In this document: one piece after another, positions 9,623 to 19,226 of the stretch
Numbering within the stretch: position 1 is the first letter of the stretch
Layout: every line of letters begins with the position of its first letter
DNA from: Candidatus Limnocylindrales bacterium
Lineage (GTDB): Bacteria; Moduliflexota; Moduliflexia; Moduliflexales; JAUQPW01
NCBI GenBank assembly: GCA_035559535.1
Contig: DATMBG010000051.1
Span: forward strand, 124,001-188,000
DNA length: 64,000 nt
Reading direction: 5' to 3'
Notes under the pieces: generated by a model
Told to the model about the DNA's origin: nothing
Databases searched by the model: none
What the model saw: the letters and a program-made list of their open reading frames with translations, nothing else
Program-made: the position numbers and the translations under genes

Positions 9623-10780
9623 ATGTTAGAAACAGCGGATCTTCTTAAAGAAGGGATCAAGGGAGAACTCAAAAGTGATGAGATGCTCCTTAACATGGGG
9701 CCTCAGCATCCCAGTACCCATGGAGTTCTACGGTTGGTCCTGAGGACCGATGGGGAAGTTGTTAAAGAGGCAATTCCCCATATCGGTTATCTGCATCGGT
9801 GTTTTGAGAAACATGCGGAAAACGTAACCTACCCCCAGGTTATTCCCTACACCGACCGGATGGATTATGTGGGTTCCATGAACAACGCGTTGGGTTATGT
9901 GATCGCCGTTGAAAAGTTAATGGGAATCAAAGTGCCGGAGCGGGCGGAATATATCCGGGTCATTGTGGCAGAACTGAATCGAATTGCCAGTCATTTGCTG
10001 GCTTTTGGGACCTATGGTCTGGATATAGGGGCTTTTACCCCTTTTATGCATGCCTTCCGGGATCGGGAAAAAATTTTGGATCTTTTCGAGGAAGCTTCCG
10101 GGGCACGCCTTCTCTATAATTATCCCCGAATCGGCGGGGTTGCTAAGGATGTCCCACCGGGTTGGCTTGAAAAAACCCGGGCGTTTATCGATTACTTTGA
10201 ACCTAAAATTAAAGAGTACAATGACCTTTTAACCTTCAATAAAATTTTCATTGAACGGACGGCTAATGTAGGAGTCCTGCCCCTGGATTTGGCTATCAGT
10301 TATGGGGTTACCGGTCCTAATCTTCGAGGCTCCGGCATGAAGTGGGATCTGCGAAGGAATGATCCCTATTCCATCTACGACCGGTTTGAGTTCGATATTC
10401 CGGTTGGAACCGGTGAGATGGGAACCGTAGGGGATTGCTGGGACCGGTATTGGGTCCGAATCCGGGAAATGGGAGAGAGCATTAAGATCATTCGCCAGGC
10501 CCTGGACCAGATACCCCCAGGAGAGGTTATGGCCCCGGAAGGATTAAAAGCTATTAAACCCCCCAAAGGGGAAGTCTATGTCCGTACCGAAACCCCTCGA
10601 GGTGAGTTAGGTTACTATTTGATCAGTGATGGCTCTCAACAACCTTATCGCCTGAAAGTTCGCTCCCCCTGCTTCACGGCCATGAGTGTATTTCATGAGA
10701 TCGCTCGAGGTGGAATGATTGCAGATATGGTAGCCATCGTCGGAAGTCTGGACATCGTACTCGGAGAGATTGATCGGTAG
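9623..10780 (+). CDS. nuoD: NADH-quinone oxidoreductase subunit D
   Basis: NMGPQHPSTHGVLRL, GYLHR, DRMDY, C-terminal DIVLGEIDR; no NiFe CxxC motifs. Confidence 0.98.
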   Translation: MLETADLLKEGIKGELKSDEMLLNMGPQHPSTHGVLRLVLRTDGEVVKEAIPHIGYLHRCFEKHAENVTYPQVIPYTDRMDYVGSMNNALGYVIAVEKLMGIKVPERAEYIRVIVAELNRIASHLLAFGTYGLDIGAFTPFMHAFRDREKILDLFEEASGARLLYNYPRIGGVAKDVPPGWLEKTRAFIDYFEPKIKEYNDLLTFNKIFIERTANVGVLPLDLAISYGVTGPNLRGSGMKWDLRRNDPYSIYDRFEFDIPVGTGEMGTVGDCWDRYWVRIREMGESIKIIRQALDQIPPGEVMAPEGLKAIKPPKGEVYVRTETPRGELGYYLISDGSQQPYRLKVRSPCFTAMSVFHEIARGGMIADMVAIVGSLDIVLGEIDR

Positions 10781-10844
10781 TCAGGGACTGAAACCAGTGG
10801 GGAAGTTACATGACCCCACTGCTTCAATCCCTTACCATCCCCCG

Positions 10845-11906
10845 ATGCGTAATTTTGTAGACCAGCTCGTCAATAGTTATGAGTTCTTGGAAATCCTTCC
10901 CAGACCTCTCCTGTATCTGATGGCCATGGTGGCGGCCAGTGCTATTATTCTGGGTTTTATTGCGATCCTGGTCATGTTTTTTGTCTGGCTGGAACGAAAA
11001 GTTGCAGGGCATATGCAAGACCGCTACGGACCCATGGAGGTGGGGCGACATGGTTGGCTTCAATCCATCGCTGATGGCATCAAGCTCTTTCTTAAGGAGG
11101 ATATCATCCCCGCTTTAGCCGATAAACCCCTGTTTGTTATAGCTCCCATCATCGTCTTTGTTGGAGCATTCTCGGCCTTTGTCGTTGTGCCCTTCAGTGA
11201 AAATCTCATGGTTGCAGACCTGAACATCGGAATCTTTTATATTCTGGCCGTCTCATCTCTGACTGTTATCGGTATTATCATGGCCGGCTGGTCTTCCAAT
11301 AATAAATGGGCCCTTTATGGAGCCATGCGCTCAGCAGCTCAGATTATCAGCTATGAAATCCCAGTAGGAATTGCTTTACTGGCAGCCGTTCTGCCAGCAG
11401 GGAGCTTGAGCATGCGAGATATCGTCTTAGCACAAAGTGGAGGATTTTGGAATTGGTTTATTTTTCGTAATCCTCCCTTTGGCTTTGTGGCCTGCATTAT
11501 TTATTTCGTTGCAGCTTTGGCCGAGGTTAACCGAACCCCCTTCGATATCCCAGAGGCAGAATCTGAACTGGTAGCGGGTTATCACACTGAATATACCGGA
11601 ATGCGCTTTGCTTTCTTTTTCCTGGCCGAATATGCCAACATGTTTTTAGTGGGAACCATCGTCACCACTCTGTTTTTGGGAGGTTGGGAATTCCCTATTT
11701 TTCCCTCAGCCTTCGCCTTTTTAAATCCTATCATATTTGTCCTTAAGGGAATTGCCCTTGTTTTCATTATGATGTGGCTACGCTGGACCTTACCCCGCTT
11801 ACGGGTGGATCAGCTTATGTACGTCTCCTGGAAGGTTCTCCTTCCCTTTGCCTTTGCTTGTTTGTTCGGCGTTAGTGCCTGGATGCTGCTCCTGCAGTCA
11901 GCTTAA
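10845..11906 (+). CDS. nuoH: NADH-quinone oxidoreductase subunit H
   Basis: ERKVAGHMQDRYGP, NRTPFDIPEAESELVAGYHTEY. Start taken at ATG 10845 because the longer TTG start (10770) runs through an inverted repeat. Confidence 0.96.
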   Translation: MRNFVDQLVNSYEFLEILPRPLLYLMAMVAASAIILGFIAILVMFFVWLERKVAGHMQDRYGPMEVGRHGWLQSIADGIKLFLKEDIIPALADKPLFVIAPIIVFVGAFSAFVVVPFSENLMVADLNIGIFYILAVSSLTVIGIIMAGWSSNNKWALYGAMRSAAQIISYEIPVGIALLAAVLPAGSLSMRDIVLAQSGGFWNWFIFRNPPFGFVACIIYFVAALAEVNRTPFDIPEAESELVAGYHTEYTGMRFAFFFLAEYANMFLVGTIVTTLFLGGWEFPIFPSAFAFLNPIIFVLKGIALVFIMMWLRWTLPRLRVDQLMYVSWKVLLPFAFACLFGVSAWMLLLQSA

Positions 11907-12019
11907 TAAAACCTCGTTATCTGTTGTTGATCTGGGAATCTAGCCAGGTAAACCTGGAGCGGAGACAAAGAGATACGGGGACATGGAGACACAATGAACA
12001 ATAAAGAACAGACAGCTTT

Positions 12020-12472
12020 ATGAAAGCATATTTTCAAAATATTTTTGAAGCAGTCCGGTCTATTCTCATAGGAATGAAAGTAACCTGGCGTCATCTATTT
12101 ACTAAACCGGTTACTTTACAATATCCCCATGAAAAACTGGATTATCCAGAAAGAACCCGAGGCATGTTGTTTTGCAAAATAGAAGATTGTATAGGATGTC
12201 TCCAGTGCGCCAGGGCCTGTCCGGTGAACTGTATCTACATCGATGCTCCTAAAGCTCCTAAAGAGGTAGACCTGGGGGTAACTTCAGATGGGACCAAGAA
12301 AAGATTATATGTTACCCAGTTTGATATCGATATGACCTTGTGTTGCTATTGCGGGCTTTGTACAGAACCCTGTCCTACAGAATGCCTGATCATGACCGAG
12401 GCCTATGAGTATACCGTCTATGACCGATCAGACTTGCTTCTTCGTTTCGCCAAGAAAGGAGTCTCTTATTAA
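12020..12472 (+). CDS. nuoI: NADH-quinone oxidoreductase subunit I
   Basis: Two 4Fe-4S motifs CIGCLQCARACP and CCYCGLCTEPCP. Confidence 0.97.
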   Translation: MKAYFQNIFEAVRSILIGMKVTWRHLFTKPVTLQYPHEKLDYPERTRGMLFCKIEDCIGCLQCARACPVNCIYIDAPKAPKEVDLGVTSDGTKKRLYVTQFDIDMTLCCYCGLCTEPCPTECLIMTEAYEYTVYDRSDLLLRFAKKGVSY

Positions 12473-12474
12473 TG

Positions 12475-12600
12475 AAGACCCGGGGATTTTGGGACACGGA
12501 GCCCTGGGGACGCAGAGACGTGGAGATAGACTTCCCCGTGTCTCCGTGTCCCCGCGTCCCCGTGTCTCTTTGTCTCCGCGTCCCAAAATCCCCGGGTCTT
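12475..12600. repeat. 126-bp MITE-like hairpin of degenerate 8-mers with 21-bp perfect terminal inverted repeats
   Basis: AAGACCCGGGGATTTTGGGAC ... GTCCCAAAATCCCCGGGTCTT; internal CCGTGTCT/CCGCGTCC units and their complements. Confidence 0.8.
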
Positions 12601-12604
12601 ACGT

Positions 12605-13102
12605 ATGCTGTTAGCCATTATCTTTACCATCTTTGCAGCTATTACCATTATTTCTGCAGGTATGGTGGTCTTCTCCCAAAATATCGTTTATTCGGCCTTC
12701 TCCCTACTTTTTACTTTCTTTGGAATAGCCGGATTATATGTCCTTTTAGCTGCCGATTTCCTTGCAGCCACGCAATTGTTGATTTATGTGGGTGGGATTC
12801 TCGTGTTACTTTTATTCGGGGTCATGCTGACCCATAAAATCCATGAAGTAAATTTGAGCAATGAATCCATGCGGTTGGCTCCCGCCGCCATCGTTGTTTT
12901 ATCTTTCCTTGGTTTATTGAGCATCGTGGTTTATCGAACCCAATGGCCGACAGTTCCCGTACCGGAATTAACCCCAACCACAGCCCGAATCGGAACTCTT
13001 TTTATGACAGATTATCTCCTTCCCTTTGAAATAGCCTCCCTGGTTCTTTTAACTGCCCTGGTAGGGGCGGTATTCATTGCAAGGGGAAGGGTTAAAAAAT
13101 GA
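12605..13102 (+). CDS. nuoJ: NADH-quinone oxidoreductase subunit J
   Basis: QLLIYVGGILVLLLFGVML, YLLPFEIASLVLL. Confidence 0.97.
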   Translation: MLLAIIFTIFAAITIISAGMVVFSQNIVYSAFSLLFTFFGIAGLYVLLAADFLAATQLLIYVGGILVLLLFGVMLTHKIHEVNLSNESMRLAPAAIVVLSFLGLLSIVVYRTQWPTVPVPELTPTTARIGTLFMTDYLLPFEIASLVLLTALVGAVFIARGRVKK

Positions 13103-13410
13103 ATATGATCGTGCTGGAACATTACCTCCTGGTGGGTGCCATATTATTCTGCCTGGGGTTTTTCTGTGTTTTAACCCGACGCAACGCTGTAGCCGTCCTT
13201 ATGGGCGTTGAATTAATTTTCAACGCTGCTAACCTTAATTTTGTGGCCTTTGCTCGTTTTGGAACTCTGAACATCGATGGAATTATGTTTGCCATCTTCA
13301 TTATTATGTTGGCCGCAGCAGAGGCTACGGTGGCTCTGGCCATCGTACTAAATATCTACCGGCAACTGGATACGGTTAACCTGGATGAAGCCGATCTCAT
13401 GAAAGGATAA
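13099..13410 (+). CDS. nuoK: NADH-quinone oxidoreductase subunit K
   Basis: RRNAVAVLMGVELIFNAAN, AAAEATVALA. Confidence 0.97.
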   Translation: MNMIVLEHYLLVGAILFCLGFFCVLTRRNAVAVLMGVELIFNAANLNFVAFARFGTLNIDGIMFAIFIIMLAAAEATVALAIVLNIYRQLDTVNLDEADLMKG

Positions 13411-13418
13411 AAAAAGAA

Positions 13419-13650
13419 AATCTAAAGTCTAATTGGCGAGTAGCGCATAGCGAGTACCTTACCCCCCTCCTTCCTCCCTAATCTCCATCAATGGGGGGTA
13501 GGAACTTCGGGTTTTCCAGATTGACGGAGCACCCCATACGACCCGGTTAACCCCGTCTGACAGGGAAAACGGGACTTCAGGAAAGGAGGAGGGTAGGAAT
13601 GAGGCAGTTGCGGGTTATAAGTGAACTCTCCGTTTGGACTTTAGACTTTG
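13419..13650. repeat. Nested inverted-repeat element between nuoK and nuoL
   Basis: Outer TCTAAAGTCTAA / TTGGACTTTAGA; middle CCTTACCCCCCTCCTTCCT / AGGAAAGGAGGAGGGTAGG; inner GTTTTCC / GGAAAAC and GACGG / CCGTC. Confidence 0.6.
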
Positions 13651-13668
13651 AACTTCGGAACTTTGGGC

Positions 13669-15834
13669 ATGCAACACTTGATCTGGATCATCCCTCTAAT
13701 GCCCTTATTAGGGGCCGTGATAAACGGTTTGTTGGGTTATCGATTTATTAAAACCCTCGGTGAAGAAAAAGGTAAGCGTCTGATCAGTCAGATAGCCTGT
13801 GGAACTGTTTTTATCTCCTTTTTGATCTCTCTTTTCAGCTTTATTCATCTGCTCCTACGTCCGGTAGATCAAAGAGTTCTGGTGAATACGGTCTATACCT
13901 GGTTCCATATCGGGAACTTAAAAACAGAGGTCTCCTTCCTGATTGATCCCCTTTCCGGAATCATGATTCTTGTCGTAACGGGAGTAGGATTCTTAATTCA
14001 CTTCTACTCCATAGGTTACATGGGTCACGATGAATATGATGAACAGGGTTATCGGTATGTCAGCTACTGGCGATACTTTTCTTACCTGAACCTTTTTGCC
14101 TTCTCCATGTTGCTTCTTGTTTTAGCAGATAATATTCTCTTGATGTTTGTGGGTTGGGAAGGGGTTGGGCTTTGCTCTTATCTCCTTATCAGCTTTTGGT
14201 ATAGAAAACAGGCTAACGCCGTGGCAGGGATGAAAGCCTTTGTGGTGAACCGTATTGGTGATTTTGGATTCCTGATCGGAATCTTTGCATTATTTTGGTC
14301 TTTGGGAGGGCATGGGATTTGGACCGTTAACTTTAGACAAATCGGGGAGCATGCCTACTTACTGGCAGAGGATACGATTCTGGGTATTCCGGCAGCCACG
14401 TTTATCACGTTCTTTCTGTTCTTGGGAGCTACAGGTAAATCTGCCCAAATTCCCCTCTACATCTGGCTGCCCGATGCCATGGCAGGTCCTACCCCGGTGA
14501 GCGCCCTCATCCATGCAGCAACCATGGTTACAGCCGGAGTCTATATGATCGGAAGATTAAACTTCCTGTACAGCATGGCTCCGGTTACCCTGACCCTCGT
14601 GGCCCTGATTGGTGCCGCAACGGCCTTCTTTGCAGCAACTATTGGTCTGGTACAAAATGATATTAAAAGGATTCTGGCTTACTCGACGGTGAGTCAGTTG
14701 GGATATATGTTCCTGGGAATGGGTGTTGCTGCCTATGGGGCCGGTATCTTTCACCTTATGACCCATGCCTTCTTTAAGGCTTTGTTATTCTTAGGGGCTG
14801 GAAGTGTTATCCATGCCATGGGGGGAAAACAGGATATACGAGATATGGGGGGGTTAAGAGAATATCTCCCTACAACCTTTCGAACTTTTCTCATCGGCTG
14901 GCTGGCCATTTGTGGGATCTTTCCTTTTGCAGGCTTTTTCAGTAAAGATGAAATATTATGGAACGTTTTTAACTACTCCCATCCTGTTTTGCCCTTTCTA
15001 CCTAAGTTACTCTGGTTAATAGGTCTTCTGGGGGCAGGCTTTACGGCTTTTTATATGTCTCGTCTGGTATTTATGACTTTTTTCGGAGAACTCCGCTCAG
15101 AACCTGCCGAGCCACATGGGGGACATGGAAAGGATGCGAAGCCACAAGGCCCTGGAGGCATAGGACTTCAGGGACATGGAAATGAGAAAATAATCTCCCT
15201 GTCTCCGCAGCGGGAACCCCGGGAGTCTCCGGGGACTATGACGTATCCTCTTATCGCATTGGCTGTTCTTTCGGTTATCGGAGGATGGTTTGGCGTACCT
15301 CATTTTCTGGATCCGGTCTTTGGGGGTCATGGCGGAGTGGCGCCTGTAGCTGCTGAAACTGGTGAACATTCCACGGTATTGGAAATTTTTCTTATGATGA
15401 TCTCCATGGCTGTTGCCTTGGGAGGGATGGCAGTGGCCGCGGTCATGTACCTGATTATGCCGGAATTACCGGATTTGCTATCGGTCCGGTTGAGTAGACT
15501 CTACGAGCTCCTTTTGAACAAGTACTACGTAGACGAAATCTACCAGGCTGTTTTTGTTAATGGGCTTCTAGCCCTTACGACGGCTTCTGCCCGATTTGAT
15601 CTGAAGTTTATAGATGGAATTGTCAATGGGAGCGCACGCGTTACGGCGGCGTTTTCCACCTTTAATGGCTGGCTGGATCTCAGGTTTGTGGATGGAATTG
15701 TCAATACCCTGGCAAGTGGAACGATCTTTTCGGGAAGTCGATTAAGAAAAGTTCAGACCGGACAGGTTCAAAGCTATCTTTTCGCCGTCTTAGGCGGAGT
15801 GGTTATTATTATCCTGATAAGAACGTTTATTTAA
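13669..15834 (+). CDS. nuoL: NADH-quinone oxidoreductase subunit L
   Basis: GWEGVG, GKSAQIPLYIWLPDAMAGPTPVSALIHAATMV, THAFFKALLFL, NKYYVDE; ATG 13669 preferred over TTG 13648. Confidence 0.97.
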   Translation: MQHLIWIIPLMPLLGAVINGLLGYRFIKTLGEEKGKRLISQIACGTVFISFLISLFSFIHLLLRPVDQRVLVNTVYTWFHIGNLKTEVSFLIDPLSGIMILVVTGVGFLIHFYSIGYMGHDEYDEQGYRYVSYWRYFSYLNLFAFSMLLLVLADNILLMFVGWEGVGLCSYLLISFWYRKQANAVAGMKAFVVNRIGDFGFLIGIFALFWSLGGHGIWTVNFRQIGEHAYLLAEDTILGIPAATFITFFLFLGATGKSAQIPLYIWLPDAMAGPTPVSALIHAATMVTAGVYMIGRLNFLYSMAPVTLTLVALIGAATAFFAATIGLVQNDIKRILAYSTVSQLGYMFLGMGVAAYGAGIFHLMTHAFFKALLFLGAGSVIHAMGGKQDIRDMGGLREYLPTTFRTFLIGWLAICGIFPFAGFFSKDEILWNVFNYSHPVLPFLPKLLWLIGLLGAGFTAFYMSRLVFMTFFGELRSEPAEPHGGHGKDAKPQGPGGIGLQGHGNEKIISLSPQREPRESPGTMTYPLIALAVLSVIGGWFGVPHFLDPVFGGHGGVAPVAAETGEHSTVLEIFLMMISMAVALGGMAVAAVMYLIMPELPDLLSVRLSRLYELLLNKYYVDEIYQAVFVNGLLALTTASARFDLKFIDGIVNGSARVTAAFSTFNGWLDLRFVDGIVNTLASGTIFSGSRLRKVQTGQVQSYLFAVLGGVVIIILIRTFI

Positions 15835-15894
15835 TTAAAGGCTGGAAGTCAGAATTTCTCGCGTCTTCTGCCTTCCGGTTTCTGACTTGAGAGC

Positions 15895-17466
15895 ATGGAA
15901 ATACTGGCACGATTAGCCTATATTCTGGTAGCCATTCCGGGACTGATTTCTCTTTTTATGCTGGAAAAGCATGTGTTATCCTGGATTATCTTTTTTCCTT
16001 TAATAGGCGCAGCGATTATTCTTTTCCTTCCCAAGGGACAAGAGGAGCTCATGAAACGGGTCGCAGCCCTTACGACCTTCTTCCCCCTGGTCATGGCTTT
16101 TTATATTTTCCTCAAATTTAATCGTACCTCGACTGATTTCCAGTTTGTAGAACATGCGCCCTGGATTCCTTATTTCAATATCGATTATTTCCTTGGGATT
16201 GATGGAATCAGCGTTTCCATGGTTCTGTTAACAGCCCTCCTGAGCTTTCTCTGTATTTTTGCCTCCTGGGGAATTGATAAAGCCGTTCGAGGTTATCTGT
16301 GTCTTTTCCTGCTTTTGGATACCGGAATGATGGGAGTTTTCGCAGCTCTGGACTTCTTCCTGTTCTTTATTTTCTGGGAAGTGATGCTCCTTCCCATGTA
16401 TTTCCTTATCGGAATTTGGGGAAGCCCCTCTCGGGTAGATCCTGATGGAATGGTTCGAGGAGGTCCTTACGCAGCCATTAAATTCTTCTTATATACCCTG
16501 GTAGGAAGTGCCCTCATGCTCATCTGTATCTTATACTTCTATTTCGTTCATGAGCCGCATACCTTCGATATGACCAAATTGATGGCATCCCATGCCTCTT
16601 ACAGCCCAAGAGCCCAGTGGTGGCTTTGGGTAGCCCTTTATATTGGGTTTGCTATTAAGGTTCCGGTCTTTCCTTTTCATACCTGGTTACCCGATGCCCA
16701 CGTAGAAGCCCCTACAGCGATTAGTGTCATTCTGGCTGGTATCCTGCTTAAAATGGGCACTTACGGACTCCTTCGAATCAATTATCCCATGCTCCCCCAG
16801 GCGACCGTCCAGTTCTCGTATTTCCTAGCCGTTATGGGAATGATAAATATTATCTACGGAGCTCTATGCGCCATGGCCCAGAAAGATCTGAAGAAATTGG
16901 TGGCTTATTCCAGTATCAGTCATATGGGGTATGTGCTTTTGGGTATGTCCAGTTTTACACCGGAGGGGATCAACGGTGCGGTCTTCCAGATGTTCAATCA
17001 TGGGACCATCACGGCCATGCTTTTCTTGATCGTAGGGGTCATCTATGATCGAGCACATCACCGACAAATCGAAGAATTTGGAGGCCTGGCGCAACAAATG
17101 CCTATTTATAGTGGTATTACCGGACTTGCGTTCTTTGCAGCTCTGGGGTTACCCGGATTAAGTGCCTTTATCAGTGAGGCTTTGGTATTTCTGGGAGCTT
17201 TTCAACGTTATACTTTGATTACTATGATCTCGGTGACCGGAGTTATTTTAGGGGCCGGATATATGCTTTGGACCATGCAACGGGTGTTCCTGGGACCTTT
17301 AAATCCTAAATATGCAACCCTTCCAGAAATCAACAAACGGGAATTATTTACCCTGGTACCCCTGGGTATTATTGTCATTATTCTCGGTTTTTATCCAATG
17401 CCGGTGCTCAACTTGCTTAATACTTCCCTGGTTCAACTCAATGAACTTGTCCGGTCGTTCCTGTAA
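15895..17466 (+). CDS. nuoM: NADH-quinone oxidoreductase subunit M
   Basis: FAIKVPVFPFHTWLPDAHVEAPT, LKMGTYG, AYSSISHMG; alternative start at 15958. Confidence 0.97.
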   Translation: MEILARLAYILVAIPGLISLFMLEKHVLSWIIFFPLIGAAIILFLPKGQEELMKRVAALTTFFPLVMAFYIFLKFNRTSTDFQFVEHAPWIPYFNIDYFLGIDGISVSMVLLTALLSFLCIFASWGIDKAVRGYLCLFLLLDTGMMGVFAALDFFLFFIFWEVMLLPMYFLIGIWGSPSRVDPDGMVRGGPYAAIKFFLYTLVGSALMLICILYFYFVHEPHTFDMTKLMASHASYSPRAQWWLWVALYIGFAIKVPVFPFHTWLPDAHVEAPTAISVILAGILLKMGTYGLLRINYPMLPQATVQFSYFLAVMGMINIIYGALCAMAQKDLKKLVAYSSISHMGYVLLGMSSFTPEGINGAVFQMFNHGTITAMLFLIVGVIYDRAHHRQIEEFGGLAQQMPIYSGITGLAFFAALGLPGLSAFISEALVFLGAFQRYTLITMISVTGVILGAGYMLWTMQRVFLGPLNPKYATLPEINKRELFTLVPLGIIVIILGFYPMPVLNLLNTSLVQLNELVRSFL

Positions 17467-17509
17467 AAAATGCTTCCGGTGGACTAAAGTGTCTAAAGTT
17501 GATTTCTAA

Positions 17510-17538
17510 GTAAGGACAGGTTTCAAACCTGTCCCCAC
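17510..17538. repeat. REP-like palindrome
   Basis: GTAAGGACAGGTTTCAAACCTGTCCCCAC (GGACAGGTTT / AAACCTGTCC stem). Confidence 0.65.
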
Positions 17539-17582
17539 TACCTTTAGATACTCCAGGCACATGGAATATCGCTTTCTATTTT

Positions 17583-19133
17583 ATGGAACTGAGTAATTTT
17601 CAAAGCCTCTCCTTTTTTTACCCGGAACTCATTCTATCCGGATTTATTGTACTACTCTTCCTGGTGGATTTGATCTTTTTGCAGTTGAGGAGTTCCAACT
17701 TAAATTTTCGATTCTTTCAGAAAGAAGATCTTCTGGCCGGATTAACTTTAATGGGATTGGGCCTTGCCCTGATTTCCGTTATCCTGATGTTTCCGGCTCT
17801 CAGGACTCCCCTGGAAGGATATTGGCTCTTTCACAGGATGATTGCCGTGGATAACTTCGCCCTTTTCTTTAAGATCCTGGTTATCCTGGCAACCATTTTA
17901 ATCGTCCTCATCTCGGTGAGATCTAAGGAAGTTTCCTTGGTAGAAAAAGCAGAGTATTACACGCTTTTACTGGCTATTACTCTGGCCATGATGCTATTTG
18001 CTTCGGCTACGAATCTTCTCATGGTTTATATGGCCCTTGAAATGGTTAGTGTGATTTCCTACGTGCTGAGCGGATATCTGAAGACCCAGCGGAAGTCCAG
18101 TGAAGCCGCTTTAAAGTATTGTATTTACGGAGGAGTAGCCTCAGGAGTCATGGTCTATGGGATTTCTTTCGTTTACGGATTGACAGGTAGCTTAAACTTC
18201 AGTAAGGTCCATGAGGCATTGGACCTTTTAGCCGAGCAGAAACAACTACCGTCCTTTACACTCCTGGTGGCCTCTATTCTCATGTTAGCCGGTTTTGGGT
18301 ATAAAATTGCTTCCGTTCCTTTCCATATGTGGGTACCAGACGTCTACGAAGGTGCGCCAACTCCCATTACGGCATTTTTCTCCATCGGTCCTAAGGCCGC
18401 AGGTTTTGCCGCTTTGATTCGATTTTTTTATGAGGTTTTGTCGGTTCCATCCTCCTCTCAGCCGGGAACCTGGATAGCCCTAGGTAACTTAGAATGGCCC
18501 ATGTTGATGGCCATAGTTTCGGCTGTGACCATGACCCTGGGAAACCTGGTAGCTATTGTACAGAACAATCTCAAACGGCTCTTAGCCTATTCCAGTATTG
18601 CCCATGTCGGCTATATTCTCATGGGCTTTTCTGTCCTGACCGATCAGGGCATCCGGGCCATGATATTCTATTTAATGATCTATTTAATTATGAACCTGGG
18701 AGCTTTTCTGGTGGTTATTTATGTTTCCGATCGGTTAGGAAGTGAGGAAATAAGTGGTTATACGGGATTGGCCTGGCGTATGCCTTATATAGCCTGTGCC
18801 ATGGGCGTCTTTTTGTTCTCCTTAACGGGTATACCTCCTCTGGCCGGGTTTATCGGGAAGTTCTTCCTTTTTGCGGCTGTTATCGAGAAGAAACTGTATT
18901 GGTTGGCCTTGATAGGACTTCTGAACAGTGTTATCTCTTTATACTACTATGCTCGAATTATTAAAGCTATGTTCCTGGACCAGGCCGTTGAACAGAGTCC
19001 CCAAGACGCTTATACCTCCCATCCTTTATATGAGGGCTTGTTGGGGGCTCTGATGATTTTGACGGTTTTATTTGGAGTCTACTGGTCTCCACTGGTTCGG
19101 TTGGCGGACCATTCTCTGAAATTTTTAAGATAA
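17583..19133 (+). CDS. nuoN: NADH-quinone oxidoreductase subunit N
   Basis: SEAALKY, KIASVPFHMWVPDVYEGAPTP, LSLTGIPPLAGFIGKF-like segment. Confidence 0.97.
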   Translation: MELSNFQSLSFFYPELILSGFIVLLFLVDLIFLQLRSSNLNFRFFQKEDLLAGLTLMGLGLALISVILMFPALRTPLEGYWLFHRMIAVDNFALFFKILVILATILIVLISVRSKEVSLVEKAEYYTLLLAITLAMMLFASATNLLMVYMALEMVSVISYVLSGYLKTQRKSSEAALKYCIYGGVASGVMVYGISFVYGLTGSLNFSKVHEALDLLAEQKQLPSFTLLVASILMLAGFGYKIASVPFHMWVPDVYEGAPTPITAFFSIGPKAAGFAALIRFFYEVLSVPSSSQPGTWIALGNLEWPMLMAIVSAVTMTLGNLVAIVQNNLKRLLAYSSIAHVGYILMGFSVLTDQGIRAMIFYLMIYLIMNLGAFLVVIYVSDRLGSEEISGYTGLAWRMPYIACAMGVFLFSLTGIPPLAGFIGKFFLFAAVIEKKLYWLALIGLLNSVISLYYYARIIKAMFLDQAVEQSPQDAYTSHPLYEGLLGALMILTVLFGVYWSPLVRLADHSLKFLR

Positions 19134-19151
19134 GTAAGTCGATAATAAAAC

Positions 19152-19222
19152 GTAGGGGAGTAGGGGAGTAGGGGCCTATAGCCGGTGTCCCATACTCCCG
19201 CACTTCCATACTCTTATACTCC
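19152..19222. repeat. 8-mer tandem/inverted repeat hairpin
   Basis: (GTAGGGGA)x3 facing CCATACTC CCGCACTT CCATACTC TTATACTC. Confidence 0.65.
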
Positions 19223-19226
19223 TGGT

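Noticed and set aside
8311..10780. Group 4 NiFe hydrogenase interpretation of nuoB/C/D
   Set aside because: The large subunit lacks both CxxC Ni-binding motifs and has the quinone-site HGVLRL and DRMDY residues
12472..12837. 121-aa ORF (and 12405-12614) between nuoI and nuoJ
   Set aside because: Translation of the octamer hairpin (PVSPCPRVPVS) running out of frame over nuoJ
15110..15240. His/Gly-rich loop in NuoL as a repeat insertion
   Set aside because: It contains GGGACATGG units like local octamers, but this NuoL loop is naturally variable and His-rich, so it is not distinguishable by eye
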